A stretch of DNA of 64,000 nucleotides. Source: Candidatus Bathyarchaeia archaeon (GTDB lineage: Archaea > Thermoproteota > Bathyarchaeia > Bathyarchaeales > Bathycorpusculaceae). The notes under the pieces are model-generated. The model was not told the DNA's origin and made no database searches. It saw only the letters and a program-made list of their open reading frames with translations. Below, piece by piece: positions 29,266 to 39,252 of this stretch (position 1 is its first letter; each line of letters begins with the position of its first letter). The position numbers and the translations under genes were made by a program. The stretch covers positions 1 to 64,000 of the forward strand of contig JBEKBM010000012.1 of the NCBI GenBank assembly GCA_050015395.1, in the 5' to 3' direction.

Positions 29266-31848
29266 ATGGCGGATAACCAAGAGCTTTTGTCTCTGCCTGT
29301 TGACGACGTTTTAGCTCAGCTGAAGACGTCCCAGTCTGGGCTGTCTTCGCAGGAAGTTCAGAGCCGCCTTGCAACGTACGGGCCGAACGAGCTGGCTGAG
29401 AAGCAGAAACGCACCGGACTCGTTGAGATTCTCTATCACTTGAGAAATCCGCTTGTGCTTATCCTTCTGATTGCGGCTTTGATCTCTGGGTTTGTGGGGT
29501 ACGTAACGGACGCGGTTATAATTTTCTTTATTGTGCTTCTCAGCATTGTTCTTGATGTGTATCAAGAATCTAAGGCTCAGAACGCCGCCGAAGCGCTTAA
29601 AGAAAGAGTGACCACAAAAGCGACGGTTCTCAGAGACGGCGTTAAACAAGAAGTGAATCTTTCTGAAATCGTCCCGGGCGACATAGTGTATCTCATAGCG
29701 GGAGACCTTGTTCCCGCCGATTGTAGATTAATCAGCGCGAAGGACCTGAACCTTAACCAGTCAGCGTTAACGGGCGAAGCGTTTCCGGTTGAAAAGAATG
29801 CTGCTCCACTTTCAACGGTGACGTCTGAGCTGACGGGCTGGAACAATTACGTTTTCTTGGGAACCTCGGTGGTTAGCGGAACTGGAACCGCAGTCGTGGC
29901 GAAGACTGGCAGCTTAACCGAGTACGGGGGAATCGCCAAAGAACTTGTGACTAAGGCGCCTGAAACAGAGTTTGAGAAGGGGCTTAGGCGGTTCGGAGCT
30001 TTAATGACTGAGGTCACGCTTTTCCTTGTGGTTTTCGTCTTTTTTGTGAACGCGTTTTTCTATGCGGGCTCCCGCAGCATTTTGCAGTCGCTGCTTTTCG
30101 CGGTGGCTCTTGCGGTGGGCTTGACGCCGGAGCTTTTGCCCATGATAATGTCCATTAACCTGTCCAGAGGCGCCGTAGCGATGTCAAAAAAGGGCGTTAT
30201 CGTGAAACGGTTGGCCTCGATTCAGAACTTTGGCAATATGGACGTTTTATGCACGGATAAAACTGGCACGCTCACCGAGAACAAGCTTTCGCTAAACGAG
30301 TACGAGGATTTGGAGGGAAAAGAAGCCCCGAAAGTGCTGATGTACGGTTACTTCAACAGCGTTTTTGACGCGGGACTGAAAAGCCCTCTGGACGACGCCA
30401 TACTTCAATACAAGCAGTTCGACGTGAACGACGTCCAGAAAATTGACGAGGTGCCGTTTGACTTTATCAGGAGACGCATTTCGGTGGTGGTCGAGTACGA
30501 AGGGCAAAGACTCTTAATCTCCAAAGGAGCCCCCGAAGAAATCCTCAAAATCTGCGCCTACTGCGAAACTGACGAAAACCTGACCGATTTGACAACTGTT
30601 TGCCAAGGCAAGTTTGAGCAGAAATACAACGACCTCAGCGCTCAGGGATACAGGGTTTTAGCGGTCGCGTACAAGAAAGTTAAAGACGACAAAACGCACT
30701 ACTCGATAGACGACGAAACCGACATGGTTTTTCTGGGGTTCCTGTCTTTTCTCGACCCGCCAAAAGAAAGCGCGAAGGAATCAATCCGTTTGCTGGAAAG
30801 AGACGGCGTGGAACTCAAAATAGTCACCGGCGACAATGAGCTAGTCACAAAAACAACCTGCGAACAATTGGGCTTCAACATAAAAGGAATCATTCTCGGA
30901 AACGACATTGCTCAGCTCCAAGACGATGCCCTAGCTCGGGTTGTGGAGGACAACAACATTTTTGCTCGTGTGAACCCAGCTCAAAAAGATAGAGTGATCA
31001 GGGCTTTGCGGTCTAACGGGCATGTGGTGGGGTATATGGGCGACGGCATCAACGACGCTCCTTCCTTGAAAACGGCGGACGTTGGCATATCGGTGGAGAA
31101 CGCTGTTGACGTCGCGAAGGAATCCGCCGATCTCATACTGCTACGGCCTGACTTGACTGTGCTTGATCAAGGGGTTTTGGAAGGCCGAAAAACCTTCGGC
31201 AACACCATGAAGTACATCATGATGGGTGTCAGCTCGAACTTCGGCACAATGTTCAGCGTTGCTGGAGCGTCTTTGTTCCTGAACTTTCTGCCTATGACGG
31301 CTATTCAGATTCTCCTAAACAACCTCTTGTATGATCTTTCCGAAGCGACTATACCAACAGACAACGTAGACGAAGAGTACATTGAAAAACCGAAAAGACT
31401 GGATATCTCGTACATAAGAAGGTTCATGGTGATCATGGGACCGGTAAGCTCTATTTTTGATTTTCTGATTTTCTTTTTAATGTTGGTAGTGTTCAAAGCG
31501 GCGGTTCCCGTTTTTCAAACCGCTTGGTTCGTGGAGTCTCTTGCAACGCAAACGCTTGTGGTTTTCGTGTTGAGAACCAGAAAAACGCCGTTTTACAAAA
31601 GCAAGCCTGGCAGATATTTGCTGATAAGCAGCTTGGCCGTCGTGGCGGTCGCGTTCGCACTGCCCTACACGCCGCTCGGTGCAGTATTCAATTTTTCGCC
31701 TCCCCCTGCAACGTTCTATCTAGCCCTTGCGGGCCTAATAGCTGCATACTTGCTTCTGGCTGAGGTTGTCAAGAAATGGTTCACAAAACGATACGCTTAC
31801 CTCCTGGAACAAAGCTACGTGCCGAAAAAAACAAAACTTGCGAGCTAA
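29266..31848 (+). CDS. mgtA: Magnesium-translocating P-type ATPase (type IIIB)
   Basis: AVGLTPELLP, CTDKTGT, PFDFIRRR, KGAPEE, GDGINDAP, SSNFG, NNLLYD. Confidence 0.92.
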   Translation: MADNQELLSLPVDDVLAQLKTSQSGLSSQEVQSRLATYGPNELAEKQKRTGLVEILYHLRNPLVLILLIAALISGFVGYVTDAVIIFFIVLLSIVLDVYQESKAQNAAEALKERVTTKATVLRDGVKQEVNLSEIVPGDIVYLIAGDLVPADCRLISAKDLNLNQSALTGEAFPVEKNAAPLSTVTSELTGWNNYVFLGTSVVSGTGTAVVAKTGSLTEYGGIAKELVTKAPETEFEKGLRRFGALMTEVTLFLVVFVFFVNAFFYAGSRSILQSLLFAVALAVGLTPELLPMIMSINLSRGAVAMSKKGVIVKRLASIQNFGNMDVLCTDKTGTLTENKLSLNEYEDLEGKEAPKVLMYGYFNSVFDAGLKSPLDDAILQYKQFDVNDVQKIDEVPFDFIRRRISVVVEYEGQRLLISKGAPEEILKICAYCETDENLTDLTTVCQGKFEQKYNDLSAQGYRVLAVAYKKVKDDKTHYSIDDETDMVFLGFLSFLDPPKESAKESIRLLERDGVELKIVTGDNELVTKTTCEQLGFNIKGIILGNDIAQLQDDALARVVEDNNIFARVNPAQKDRVIRALRSNGHVVGYMGDGINDAPSLKTADVGISVENAVDVAKESADLILLRPDLTVLDQGVLEGRKTFGNTMKYIMMGVSSNFGTMFSVAGASLFLNFLPMTAIQILLNNLLYDLSEATIPTDNVDEEYIEKPKRLDISYIRRFMVIMGPVSSIFDFLIFFLMLVVFKAAVPVFQTAWFVESLATQTLVVFVLRTRKTPFYKSKPGRYLLISSLAVVAVAFALPYTPLGAVFNFSPPPATFYLALAGLIAAYLLLAEVVKKWFTKRYAYLLEQSYVPKKTKLAS

Positions 31849-31960
31849 ACAACCAATTAGTTCGGATTGTCCCGCTTAAGACTGAATATCTTTAGTCCGC
31901 ATTTTTTCAATCCAACCACGACTCAACTCAAAACTCTGAACAGTTTTGGCTGTTTTTCCA

Positions 31961-32030
31961 GTTTTTTCTAAGTCAATTAACAATTTTTTTCAGTTCGGGC
32001 CAGATACCCCATTTGCGGTCAAATCCCACA
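31961..32030 (+). repeat. Left copy of a degenerate direct repeat ending in a tRNA T-arm-like GGTCAAATCCCACA
   Basis: GTTTTTTCTAAG ... CCCATTTGCGGTCAAATCCCACA; partner at 37497-37570. Confidence 0.5.
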
Positions 32031-32173
32031 GGTCAGGCTTCGGTTTCGTTCCCTTTTTGTGCGGTCTCCAAAAAATACATAAATTTACTGGTTTCAATAT
32101 TAAAAAATTATAGAAAATCCCAAAAAATGCAGACTTTAAATTAGAAAAATCTAAAAATAAATGTTTAGGGAGT

Positions 32174-32407
32174 TTATTCTTCCATCATTATTAAAGTTAA
32201 AGTTGACCTAACTTGCTTGATTGTGCGAATTTTGTGTGTCACTGAATCCTTTAGCTCTTCCATAGTGTCTGCTTTGACTCGTATGACTAGATCGTATACG
32301 CCATAGGAAACGTAAGCTTCTTCGACGTTATTTATGTTCCTAAGCTGTTTTAGAACGTTATCTTCTGATCCCGACTCAACATTAAATAATACATACGCTC
32401 GTGGCAT
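32174..32407 (-). CDS. Stand-alone Lrp/AsnC ligand-binding (RAM) domain protein
   Basis: AYVLFNVESG, EAYVSYGVYDLVIRV, VRSTLTL. Confidence 0.9.
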   Translation of the reverse strand: MPRAYVLFNVESGSEDNVLKQLRNINNVEEAYVSYGVYDLVIRVKADTMEELKDSVTHKIRTIKQVRSTLTLIMMEE

Positions 32408-32652
32408 TCTAACACCTCTTTTTAATAAATTACAAAGGTAATTAAATAGTTTGGCATAAAAACGGTTTTATTTTAACTGTTAAACAGTTCAAGTTGACGC
32501 TGTGCCTAATAAAATATTTACATTAAATTCCCTAAGGAACACTTTTCACATGTGAAAGGAAAAAGAAATTTTAATTTTAAGAGCTTTTTCCACAAACGTT
32601 AAATGTACCTTGGCATTCATTTTATCAAAATCTTCCCGGAGATCCTCAAAAC

Positions 32653-34572
32653 ATGAAAATCATATCAAAAGAAGATTTCCAGAGCTTTATAGATGCTTTA
32701 ATAAAAGATGATTCTTTGAACGTTATTGGCGTTAAATCGCGAGGAAATAAATTTGCTTTTGCCCCTCTCGAGTCCGCTGAGGAATTGCGTCTGGACTATG
32801 ACGTAACTTTGCTGCCTCCGAAAAAATATTTCTTCCCTCAACGTGAAACATTATTTACCTATGACTTGTCAGATGGATTTTCGGCTAAAAATCCAGAGGA
32901 AATCAAGCCGATGGTAATTGTAGGTGTTCACCCTTATGACATTGTAGCCCTACTTCACATGGATGAAATATTCAGGGAAACGAAGTCCGATCCCTATTAT
33001 TTTAAGAAACGAGACGCAGCAATAATAATAGGCGTCAACATTCAAAAGATGTCAAAATGGAATTTTTCTTCCTTTATGGGCAGTGCGGCTATAGATTACG
33101 GCTATGATCTTATGCTTACAGACTTGGGTAATAGATATGCAATAAACATTGGCTCTCAAAAAGGAGAAGACCTATTATCTAAATACGCAAAGAACGTCAC
33201 ACTCGCATTGGCACGCGACGTCCAGATTGCTGGGCAGAAAAAAAGAGAAGTAATGGGCATGTCTCAGCAAAAGTTTGACTTTCCGCCTGAACTTATTCCT
33301 GAACTGCTTAAGGACAGTTATGGAAAAAGTGGATTCTGGGAAAAGCATTCTGAAAAATGTCTAGCCTGCGGTTCATGCGTTCTAGTATGTCCAACATGTT
33401 ATTGTTTTGATGTTAAAGAAAACCTTGATCTTTCCCTAGAGCACGGTGAGAGGATCAGAACGTGGGATGGCTGCTTACTAGAAGATTTTGCGAAAATTGC
33501 CTCAGGAGAAAACTTCCGTGCTACAAGACCTACAAGATACCGCCATCGATATTTCAAAAAAGGAAAGTATTTGTTCGATACTTTCGGTTTTATTTCTTGT
33601 GTTGGCTGTGGAAGATGCTCTTCAAATTGCCTCCCCGATATAGCGAATCCTGTTAACCTCTTCAACGACATGTATCATGAAAATAAAGACAGCGGAGAGC
33701 AAATGGCAACCATCGCTGCTCAGCCAGACGTTAACATTCAAACAGAAGGAGACATAGATTACGTACCAAAGCTAGCAACCATAATCAAGAAAGTACCGAT
33801 GACTTCGATGGAAACACTGTTTGAAATCAAACTAGATGACGGATCAGAACTTAGTCACAAACCAGGCCAATTTGTAGAAGTCTCAGTCTTTGGAATAGGC
33901 GAGGCGCCAATATCCTTATCCTCCTCACCGACAAAGAAAGAAACGTTCGAAGTTTGCGTACGCAAGTTAGGAAATGTTACTACAAAATTACACAGGCTCA
34001 ATGTGGGTGATAAAGTAGGAATCAGAGGTCCATTTGGTAATGGGTTTGATGTTGGCTCTCTAAAGGGCAAAGACCTCTTATTCATAGCAGGTGGTCTTGG
34101 AATAGCACCCCTCAGATCCCTAATCAATTATGTTCTTGACAACAGAAAAGACTTCGGTCGCGTCTATCTGCTATACGGATGTAAAGAACCAAAGGAACTG
34201 CTTTTTAGCGATGAACTAGTCTCAATAGCGTCCAAAGAAAATGTTGAGTTCAAACCTACTGTAAACTGGTGTCCTGAAAATGAAGCTTGGAGCGGCAACA
34301 TAGGTGTAATCACAACGCTTATTCCTCAAGTCTCTTTTGATCCAGAGAAGACGCTAGCAATATTATGTGGTCCCCCAGTCATGTACAAATTTGTAATTGC
34401 AGATCTTAAAAAACGAAATGTCCCAGATGATCACATAATCATGTCACTTGAAAGAAGAATGAAATGCGGTGTAGGAAAATGTGGTCACTGCCAAATTAAC
34501 CAAATCTACGTCTGCAAAGACGGCCCTGTTTTCAATTATTCAAAAATAAAAGGTGTTCCGGAGGCTCTGTAA
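32653..34572 (+). CDS. Group 3b (sulf)hydrogenase beta (4Fe-4S) and gamma (FAD/NAD(P), 2Fe-2S) subunits fused in one ORF
   Basis: CLACGSCVLVCPTCYCF and CVGCGRCSSNC (beta); PGQF, GEAPIS, RGPFGNGF, AGGLGIAP, ERRMKCGVGKCGHC...CKDGPVF (gamma). Confidence 0.92.
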   Translation: MKIISKEDFQSFIDALIKDDSLNVIGVKSRGNKFAFAPLESAEELRLDYDVTLLPPKKYFFPQRETLFTYDLSDGFSAKNPEEIKPMVIVGVHPYDIVALLHMDEIFRETKSDPYYFKKRDAAIIIGVNIQKMSKWNFSSFMGSAAIDYGYDLMLTDLGNRYAINIGSQKGEDLLSKYAKNVTLALARDVQIAGQKKREVMGMSQQKFDFPPELIPELLKDSYGKSGFWEKHSEKCLACGSCVLVCPTCYCFDVKENLDLSLEHGERIRTWDGCLLEDFAKIASGENFRATRPTRYRHRYFKKGKYLFDTFGFISCVGCGRCSSNCLPDIANPVNLFNDMYHENKDSGEQMATIAAQPDVNIQTEGDIDYVPKLATIIKKVPMTSMETLFEIKLDDGSELSHKPGQFVEVSVFGIGEAPISLSSSPTKKETFEVCVRKLGNVTTKLHRLNVGDKVGIRGPFGNGFDVGSLKGKDLLFIAGGLGIAPLRSLINYVLDNRKDFGRVYLLYGCKEPKELLFSDELVSIASKENVEFKPTVNWCPENEAWSGNIGVITTLIPQVSFDPEKTLAILCGPPVMYKFVIADLKKRNVPDDHIIMSLERRMKCGVGKCGHCQINQIYVCKDGPVFNYSKIKGVPEAL

Positions 34573-35309
34573 TGAAACCCAAAGTTGCTTTCTTTGATTT
34601 TGCAGGCTGTGAAGGAGACCAATTACAAGTAGCTAATCTCGAAGAAGACATTTTAGCTCTTCTTGGTCAAGTTGAAATTGTTAGCTTTAGAGAAGTCATG
34701 AAAGAACACAGCGACAATTATGACATAGCTTTTGTTGAAGGCTCTTGCACTAGGCTACAAGACGAGGATCGACTAAAAACGATCAGAAAAAACGCTAAAA
34801 CCGTAGTTGCTATAGGATCATGCGCGACAATCGGCGGAATCAACTCTCTTAGAAACTACAAAGATTTGGATAACGTCAAAAAAACTGTGTATGGCGAGAA
34901 TGCGAGGCTCTTCGATAGTTACGCTGCAAGACCTGTAGATGCAGTAATTCCCGTAGATGCCTACGTTCATGGATGCCCAATAGACAAAGATGACTTCTTA
35001 CAAGTTGTCAAATCACTTTTACTGGGAAAGAAGCCGGAAACTCCGACTTACCCAGTTTGTGTAGAATGCAAAAAAAACGAAAACGTATGTGCCTTTGAGC
35101 GAGGTCAATTTTGTGTCGGAACAGTAACAAGAGCTGGCTGCAACTCATGCTGTGTAAATGAGGGAACAATATGTTGGGGTTGCCGTGGCCTTGTAGACAA
35201 TCCAAATGAGAATTCCCACAAGGAAGTTTTGATAAAATATGGTCTCACAGTTGATGACGCAATTAGTAAGTTTAGATTGTATTTTGGTTGGCAGGAGGCA
35301 AAAAGATGA
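34572..35309 (+). CDS. hydD: Group 3b NiFe hydrogenase small (delta) subunit
   Basis: GCEGD, VEGS, GSCA, GCP, VCVEC, CWGCRG; overlaps upstream stop (TAATG). Confidence 0.9.
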   Translation: MKPKVAFFDFAGCEGDQLQVANLEEDILALLGQVEIVSFREVMKEHSDNYDIAFVEGSCTRLQDEDRLKTIRKNAKTVVAIGSCATIGGINSLRNYKDLDNVKKTVYGENARLFDSYAARPVDAVIPVDAYVHGCPIDKDDFLQVVKSLLLGKKPETPTYPVCVECKKNENVCAFERGQFCVGTVTRAGCNSCCVNEGTICWGCRGLVDNPNENSHKEVLIKYGLTVDDAISKFRLYFGWQEAKR

Positions 35310-36616
35310 AAGAATCAAATATTGACGTTGAAGTCCACCATATAACCAGAGTTGAAGGACACGGAAACATCAATGTGAATGTCAAAAATGGACTTATAGA
35401 AAAATGTGAATGGAGCATTTCAGAAGCACCAAGGTTCTTTGAAGCCATGGTTGTAGGAAGATCATGGAATGAACTACACCACATTACCTCTCGAATATGC
35501 GGCATATGCTCAATTGGCCATTCACTTGCTTCATTGAAAGCCACAGAATCAGCCTTAGGCATAACTATAAGTGAACAAGACCTAAAACTTAGAAAGCTAG
35601 CATTACACGCGGAAAATATGCAGAGTCACATTTTACATTTAGGTTTTCTTGTTCTGCCTGATTTGATGGGTGTAGGTTCGGTAATTCCTCTTGCGTCTAC
35701 AAATCTTTCAGAGGTTAAGATAGTTCTTCAACTTCACAGAACCGCAAATGAGATGTCAAACTTGATCTGTGGAAGAACAACACATCCTCAAAGATTGATA
35801 CCAGGCGGTTTCTCCAAAATCCCGTCGATGAAAGAATTGATAGTGCTTAGAAAGAAACTGCAAGATTCTATTCCAAACCTTCTAGTCGTGGCGGAATTAT
35901 TTAAGAGCTTAGCAGGCAGATTACCTAACTTCAAAAGAGAAACAGAATTCATTTCTTTAACTGACCCAAGTGAATACGCACTCTATGACGGAAAAATGGC
36001 TTCATCAGACACTGGTACTGCACCAGTAAAAGAATATCTTGCATACACAAACGAGTACATTATTCCGCAATCTACCGCTAAATGGGCAAAGCATACCCGT
36101 GAATCGTACATGGTAGGTGCTTTAGCCAGGCTAAACATCAATTACAAGAGATTATCCCCAATGGCTCAAAAAACAGCTGAGAAGTTCAATCTTCTACCAA
36201 TGTGCTATAATCCTTTCATGAATAGTATTGCTCAACTTGTCGAAGTAGTTCACAGCGTCGAAGATTCGATACGCCTAATAAACGAACTTGAAGCAACAGG
36301 TCTACAACCTCAACCAGACTACAATAAACCAGAAGTCAAATTGAAGGCAGGCACCGGCGTTGGTGCAGTAGAGGCACCAAGAGGCATATTATTCCATGAT
36401 TACACCTACAACGAAAAGGGGATATGCACAAAAGCCAATTGTATAATCCCAACCAACCAAAACCACGGAAACATTCAGTTAGACATGAAATCTATTCTTC
36501 CGCAGATTATCGATAAACCGCAAAAAGAGATCGAGTTAACGCTGGAAATGTTAGTAAGAGCTTACGACCCATGCATTTCTTGCTCCACACACGTTGTAAA
36601 AGTCAACTTAACTTAG
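35306..36616 (+). CDS. hydA: Group 3b NiFe hydrogenase large (alpha) subunit
   Basis: TRVEGHG, SRICGIC (L1), EAPRG, DPCISCSTH (L2) plus a short cleavable tail; ATGA overlap. Confidence 0.94.
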   Translation: MKESNIDVEVHHITRVEGHGNINVNVKNGLIEKCEWSISEAPRFFEAMVVGRSWNELHHITSRICGICSIGHSLASLKATESALGITISEQDLKLRKLALHAENMQSHILHLGFLVLPDLMGVGSVIPLASTNLSEVKIVLQLHRTANEMSNLICGRTTHPQRLIPGGFSKIPSMKELIVLRKKLQDSIPNLLVVAELFKSLAGRLPNFKRETEFISLTDPSEYALYDGKMASSDTGTAPVKEYLAYTNEYIIPQSTAKWAKHTRESYMVGALARLNINYKRLSPMAQKTAEKFNLLPMCYNPFMNSIAQLVEVVHSVEDSIRLINELEATGLQPQPDYNKPEVKLKAGTGVGAVEAPRGILFHDYTYNEKGICTKANCIIPTNQNHGNIQLDMKSILPQIIDKPQKEIELTLEMLVRAYDPCISCSTHVVKVNLT

Positions 36617-36698
36617 ACCGAACGAATCCTTCAGCAGCCAAATATTGACTCAGCCAAAATTCCGATGAGTATCCATCAATAAAGACGGAATTTGATAT

Positions 36699-36815
36699 AT
36701 GGTAGTAAGATTAATTCTTGATTCGGGAAGAAAAATGGTGAATTTGCTATTAGGGTAAGCGACTCATGGCACGGGCTAGGATTAGGATCAAAACTTATGG
36801 ATTACATTATTGGTG
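36699..36815 (+). pseudogene. GNAT acetyltransferase remnant (type found fused to acyl-CoA synthetases)
   Basis: VVRLILDSGRK / GEFAIRVSDSWHGLGLGSKLMDYII read across a shift in the A run at 36731-36735. Confidence 0.65.
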
Positions 36816-37048
36816 TATATTTAGCTCTTGTTTTTTCTTCTTTAGTGCTTTTTTTCTACATTAAAAAACAGCTTTTTCTATGTTGAAAAGCACCGTTCTG
36901 CATGCAAAGTGCGCGGTCTTCGTTCTATGCACATCTATGTTGAATCATATTTGAAGCCTATTAGGATCATCTAGTAGACCGGGAGGTAGGCTGTAGCGCA
37001 CACACAAATCCCTAAGACAAAAACCAAGAACTAAATGCATACCAAATT

Positions 37049-37366
37049 CTAAATATTTAAGTCGTTTAAAAATTTCCAGAATTCTTCGATACACCTGATA
37101 ACTCTTATTTCTAAATAGTTAAAGCCGTAATTTGTGTCCTCATCAATTGGTTCTCTGAAAAAACCCACCGTATGAGGATAATTCTTTTCAAACTCCACAA
37201 CATCCACAATATCCATTAAACTAACTTTAGACTTTGCGTTTCCCCTCTTCCGATCTTTGAACACTACTGAATAGTAAAGGTATTTTCTTCCCTCATTTCC
37301 TGACGCGGGAAAACTGATTAACCAATCCATCTCTTGGAAATGAAAACTTTTCGTTTTTCTTTCCAA
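37049..37366 (-). CDS. Hypothetical protein
   Basis: 105-aa ORF, GAGG upstream of TTG start. Confidence 0.55.
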   Translation of the reverse strand: MERKTKSFHFQEMDWLISFPASGNEGRKYLYYSVVFKDRKRGNAKSKVSLMDIVDVVEFEKNYPHTVGFFREPIDEDTNYGFNYLEIRVIRCIEEFWKFLNDLNI

Positions 37367-37496
37367 TTTCCTAGCGCCTCAACTCAACACATTCAACTAC
37401 CAATGAGCAACACACCTATGTTAATACTTGCCGTCAAAATTAAAGTTCTGACCAGCAAAAATTTTTGACAAGTATTCGATTAATTTTCCTTTTACG

Positions 37497-37570
37497 GTTT
37501 TTTCTAAGCAAAGGTAAATTTAGGTTATTTGGTTCCGACCCATTTTGGTTTCAAATCCCACATCCCCCGT
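37497..37570 (+). repeat. Right copy of the degenerate direct repeat; resembles a tRNA 3' half (GGTTTCAAATCCCACATCCCCCG)
   Basis: GTTTTTTCTAAG ... CCCATTTTGGTTTCAAATCCCACA; partner at 31961-32030. Confidence 0.5.
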
Positions 37571-37881
37571 CATTTCACAAATTATATCTGCAATTAAAAT
37601 TAAGAAATTATCACAAAACAAGCTGGTGAAACTTGTATACTTGTCACCGCACATAATTTTTTTGGTTTGTTCACATTTTTACTTAGCAACAGTTCGATTT
37701 TAGTTAGCGATTGTGAACGATTGTTCAGCTCAGTGATGATAACCTATTAATTGTGCTAGTTACTTTATTTTTGGAAACATAGAAATATAGCAGGCTTATA
37801 GGACGTAGCATTTACGGGTACAAATAAAAAATAAAAAAAGCGATTCGAACAAGCAGTCCTCTTTTGAAGGTAAAGTTCCTA

Positions 37882-37965
37882 GAGTTTCCGATTGTTGGGA
37901 TTGACGCTTCTGCAGGCGGCTTAGAAGCGTTTAAGGTGTTGCTTGAGGGTTTGCCGGTTGAGGCG
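37882..37965 (+). pseudogene. CheB methylesterase N-terminal remnant
   Basis: EFPIVGIDASAGGLEAFKVLLEGLP matches the xPIVGIGASAGGLEA start of CheB/CheR fusions; no continuation. Confidence 0.7.
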
Positions 37966-38015
37966 AACAATCAACTCCACAACTGCTGAAGTCGCCGAAA
38001 GCGGACAAACAGGAA

Positions 38016-38443
38016 ATGAAGGGAAATGATTTAGAGTGCAAGAATTTGAAAGCCGTCTGGGATGATGACAAGAAAAAAGCAGAATTCGCAAAAGGCTTAG
38101 AATCAGCTGCCCGAGCAAGATTTGCGCGAGACGTACAGCACTTGCCCGAAGAAATTTTGAATAAGTGTAAGGAATACATAAAAGACCAGGCTAAAGACCA
38201 GGTTCAAGAGTTAACTGAAGATGCTATAACAGCTTTCTTTGTCGCGGTTCCCGAGTTGGGGTTCTGACACATGTTTTTGTCGAGGTATCCAAGTACATGA
38301 CGAAGGATACTGAAGCTGAACCAAGCTTGTTTGAAAAGTTTGTGAACGACTACAACAGCGTTATTAACACACACGCCGAGGCGACTCGATTAGCTGAGTT
38401 AGCCGACTTCCGATATAACGAGTACAAAACGCATTGTCTGTAA
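38016..38443 (+). CDS. Hypothetical helical protein, probably frameshifted
   Basis: ORF 38016-38267; one extra G in the G4 run at 38258-38261 extends it (VLTHVFVEVSKY...KTHCL*) to 38443. Confidence 0.45.
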
Positions 38444-38580
38444 TTGCCTAAAACACAGTTTATTTGCATTTCGTGTTTTTCATATCTTCTTTTTGTATTT
38501 CTGTTGTACGTATGCCTTTTTTAACAATAAGTAATAATGTTTATTAAGACTTACGACAGCTTACCTTTTAGGAAAATATA

Positions 38581-39048
38581 TTGGCCATCAATAAAGCTGT
38601 CCTAATTTCTATAGTTATATTAGCGCTTACTGGAGTTGTGCTTGCGGTGTTGTCGTCAGGTTTGCTCGTGGCGCAGCAGTCTGTTTCAACTAGTGGTAAT
38701 GTTGGGGGGAGCATTTTAAGTTCGGTTAATATTGGTGTCTTCAGCGATGTAGCTGCAACTTCTAATTGCTCGAGCATTGATTGGGGGAGCTTAAGTGCGG
38801 GCAGCACAGTAACCCAAACCGTTTACGTGAAGAATACTGGCAGCACACCTGAAACGCTGAGCATGGCCACTTCAGACTGGAACCCGTCATCAGCCAATTC
38901 ATCTTTGACTTTGACCTGGAACATGGAAGGCACCTCTTTACCCGCTGGTTTAGTTGTAGCGGCAACGCTTACGCTCACCGTAGCAGCAAATACGGGAAGT
39001 TTAACCAGTTTCAGCTTCAACATAGTGATATCAGGCTCCGCGCAATAG
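38581..39048 (+). CDS. Secreted Ser/Thr-rich beta-sandwich protein, TasA/bundling-pilin-like
   Basis: N-terminal signal/TM; IDWGSLSAG.TVTQTVYVKNTG; terminal FSFNIVISG strand. Confidence 0.65.
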   Translation: MAINKAVLISIVILALTGVVLAVLSSGLLVAQQSVSTSGNVGGSILSSVNIGVFSDVAATSNCSSIDWGSLSAGSTVTQTVYVKNTGSTPETLSMATSDWNPSSANSSLTLTWNMEGTSLPAGLVVAATLTLTVAANTGSLTSFSFNIVISGSAQ

Positions 39049-39252
39049 CAAGAAACATGCTTTACATCTATGCCAGGGTCAATTGATCTGAGCAAGCAGT
39101 TTTTTTATCTGAATTTTTGTTATTCCAGGTTGTGAATCGTTTTTTTTAGGTATTTTTGGATGCGAATTTTAACAAGTTGCTTGGAGTGTTTAGTGCCTTT
39201 AAGGGGCAGTGTATGGAAAACCTTATGTTTCGTTCTGGAGTAATCAATTAAG

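Noticed and set aside
37531-37575. Intact tRNA gene
   Set aside because: Only a T-arm/acceptor-like 3' part is present; no D arm, anticodon arm or pairing 5' strand
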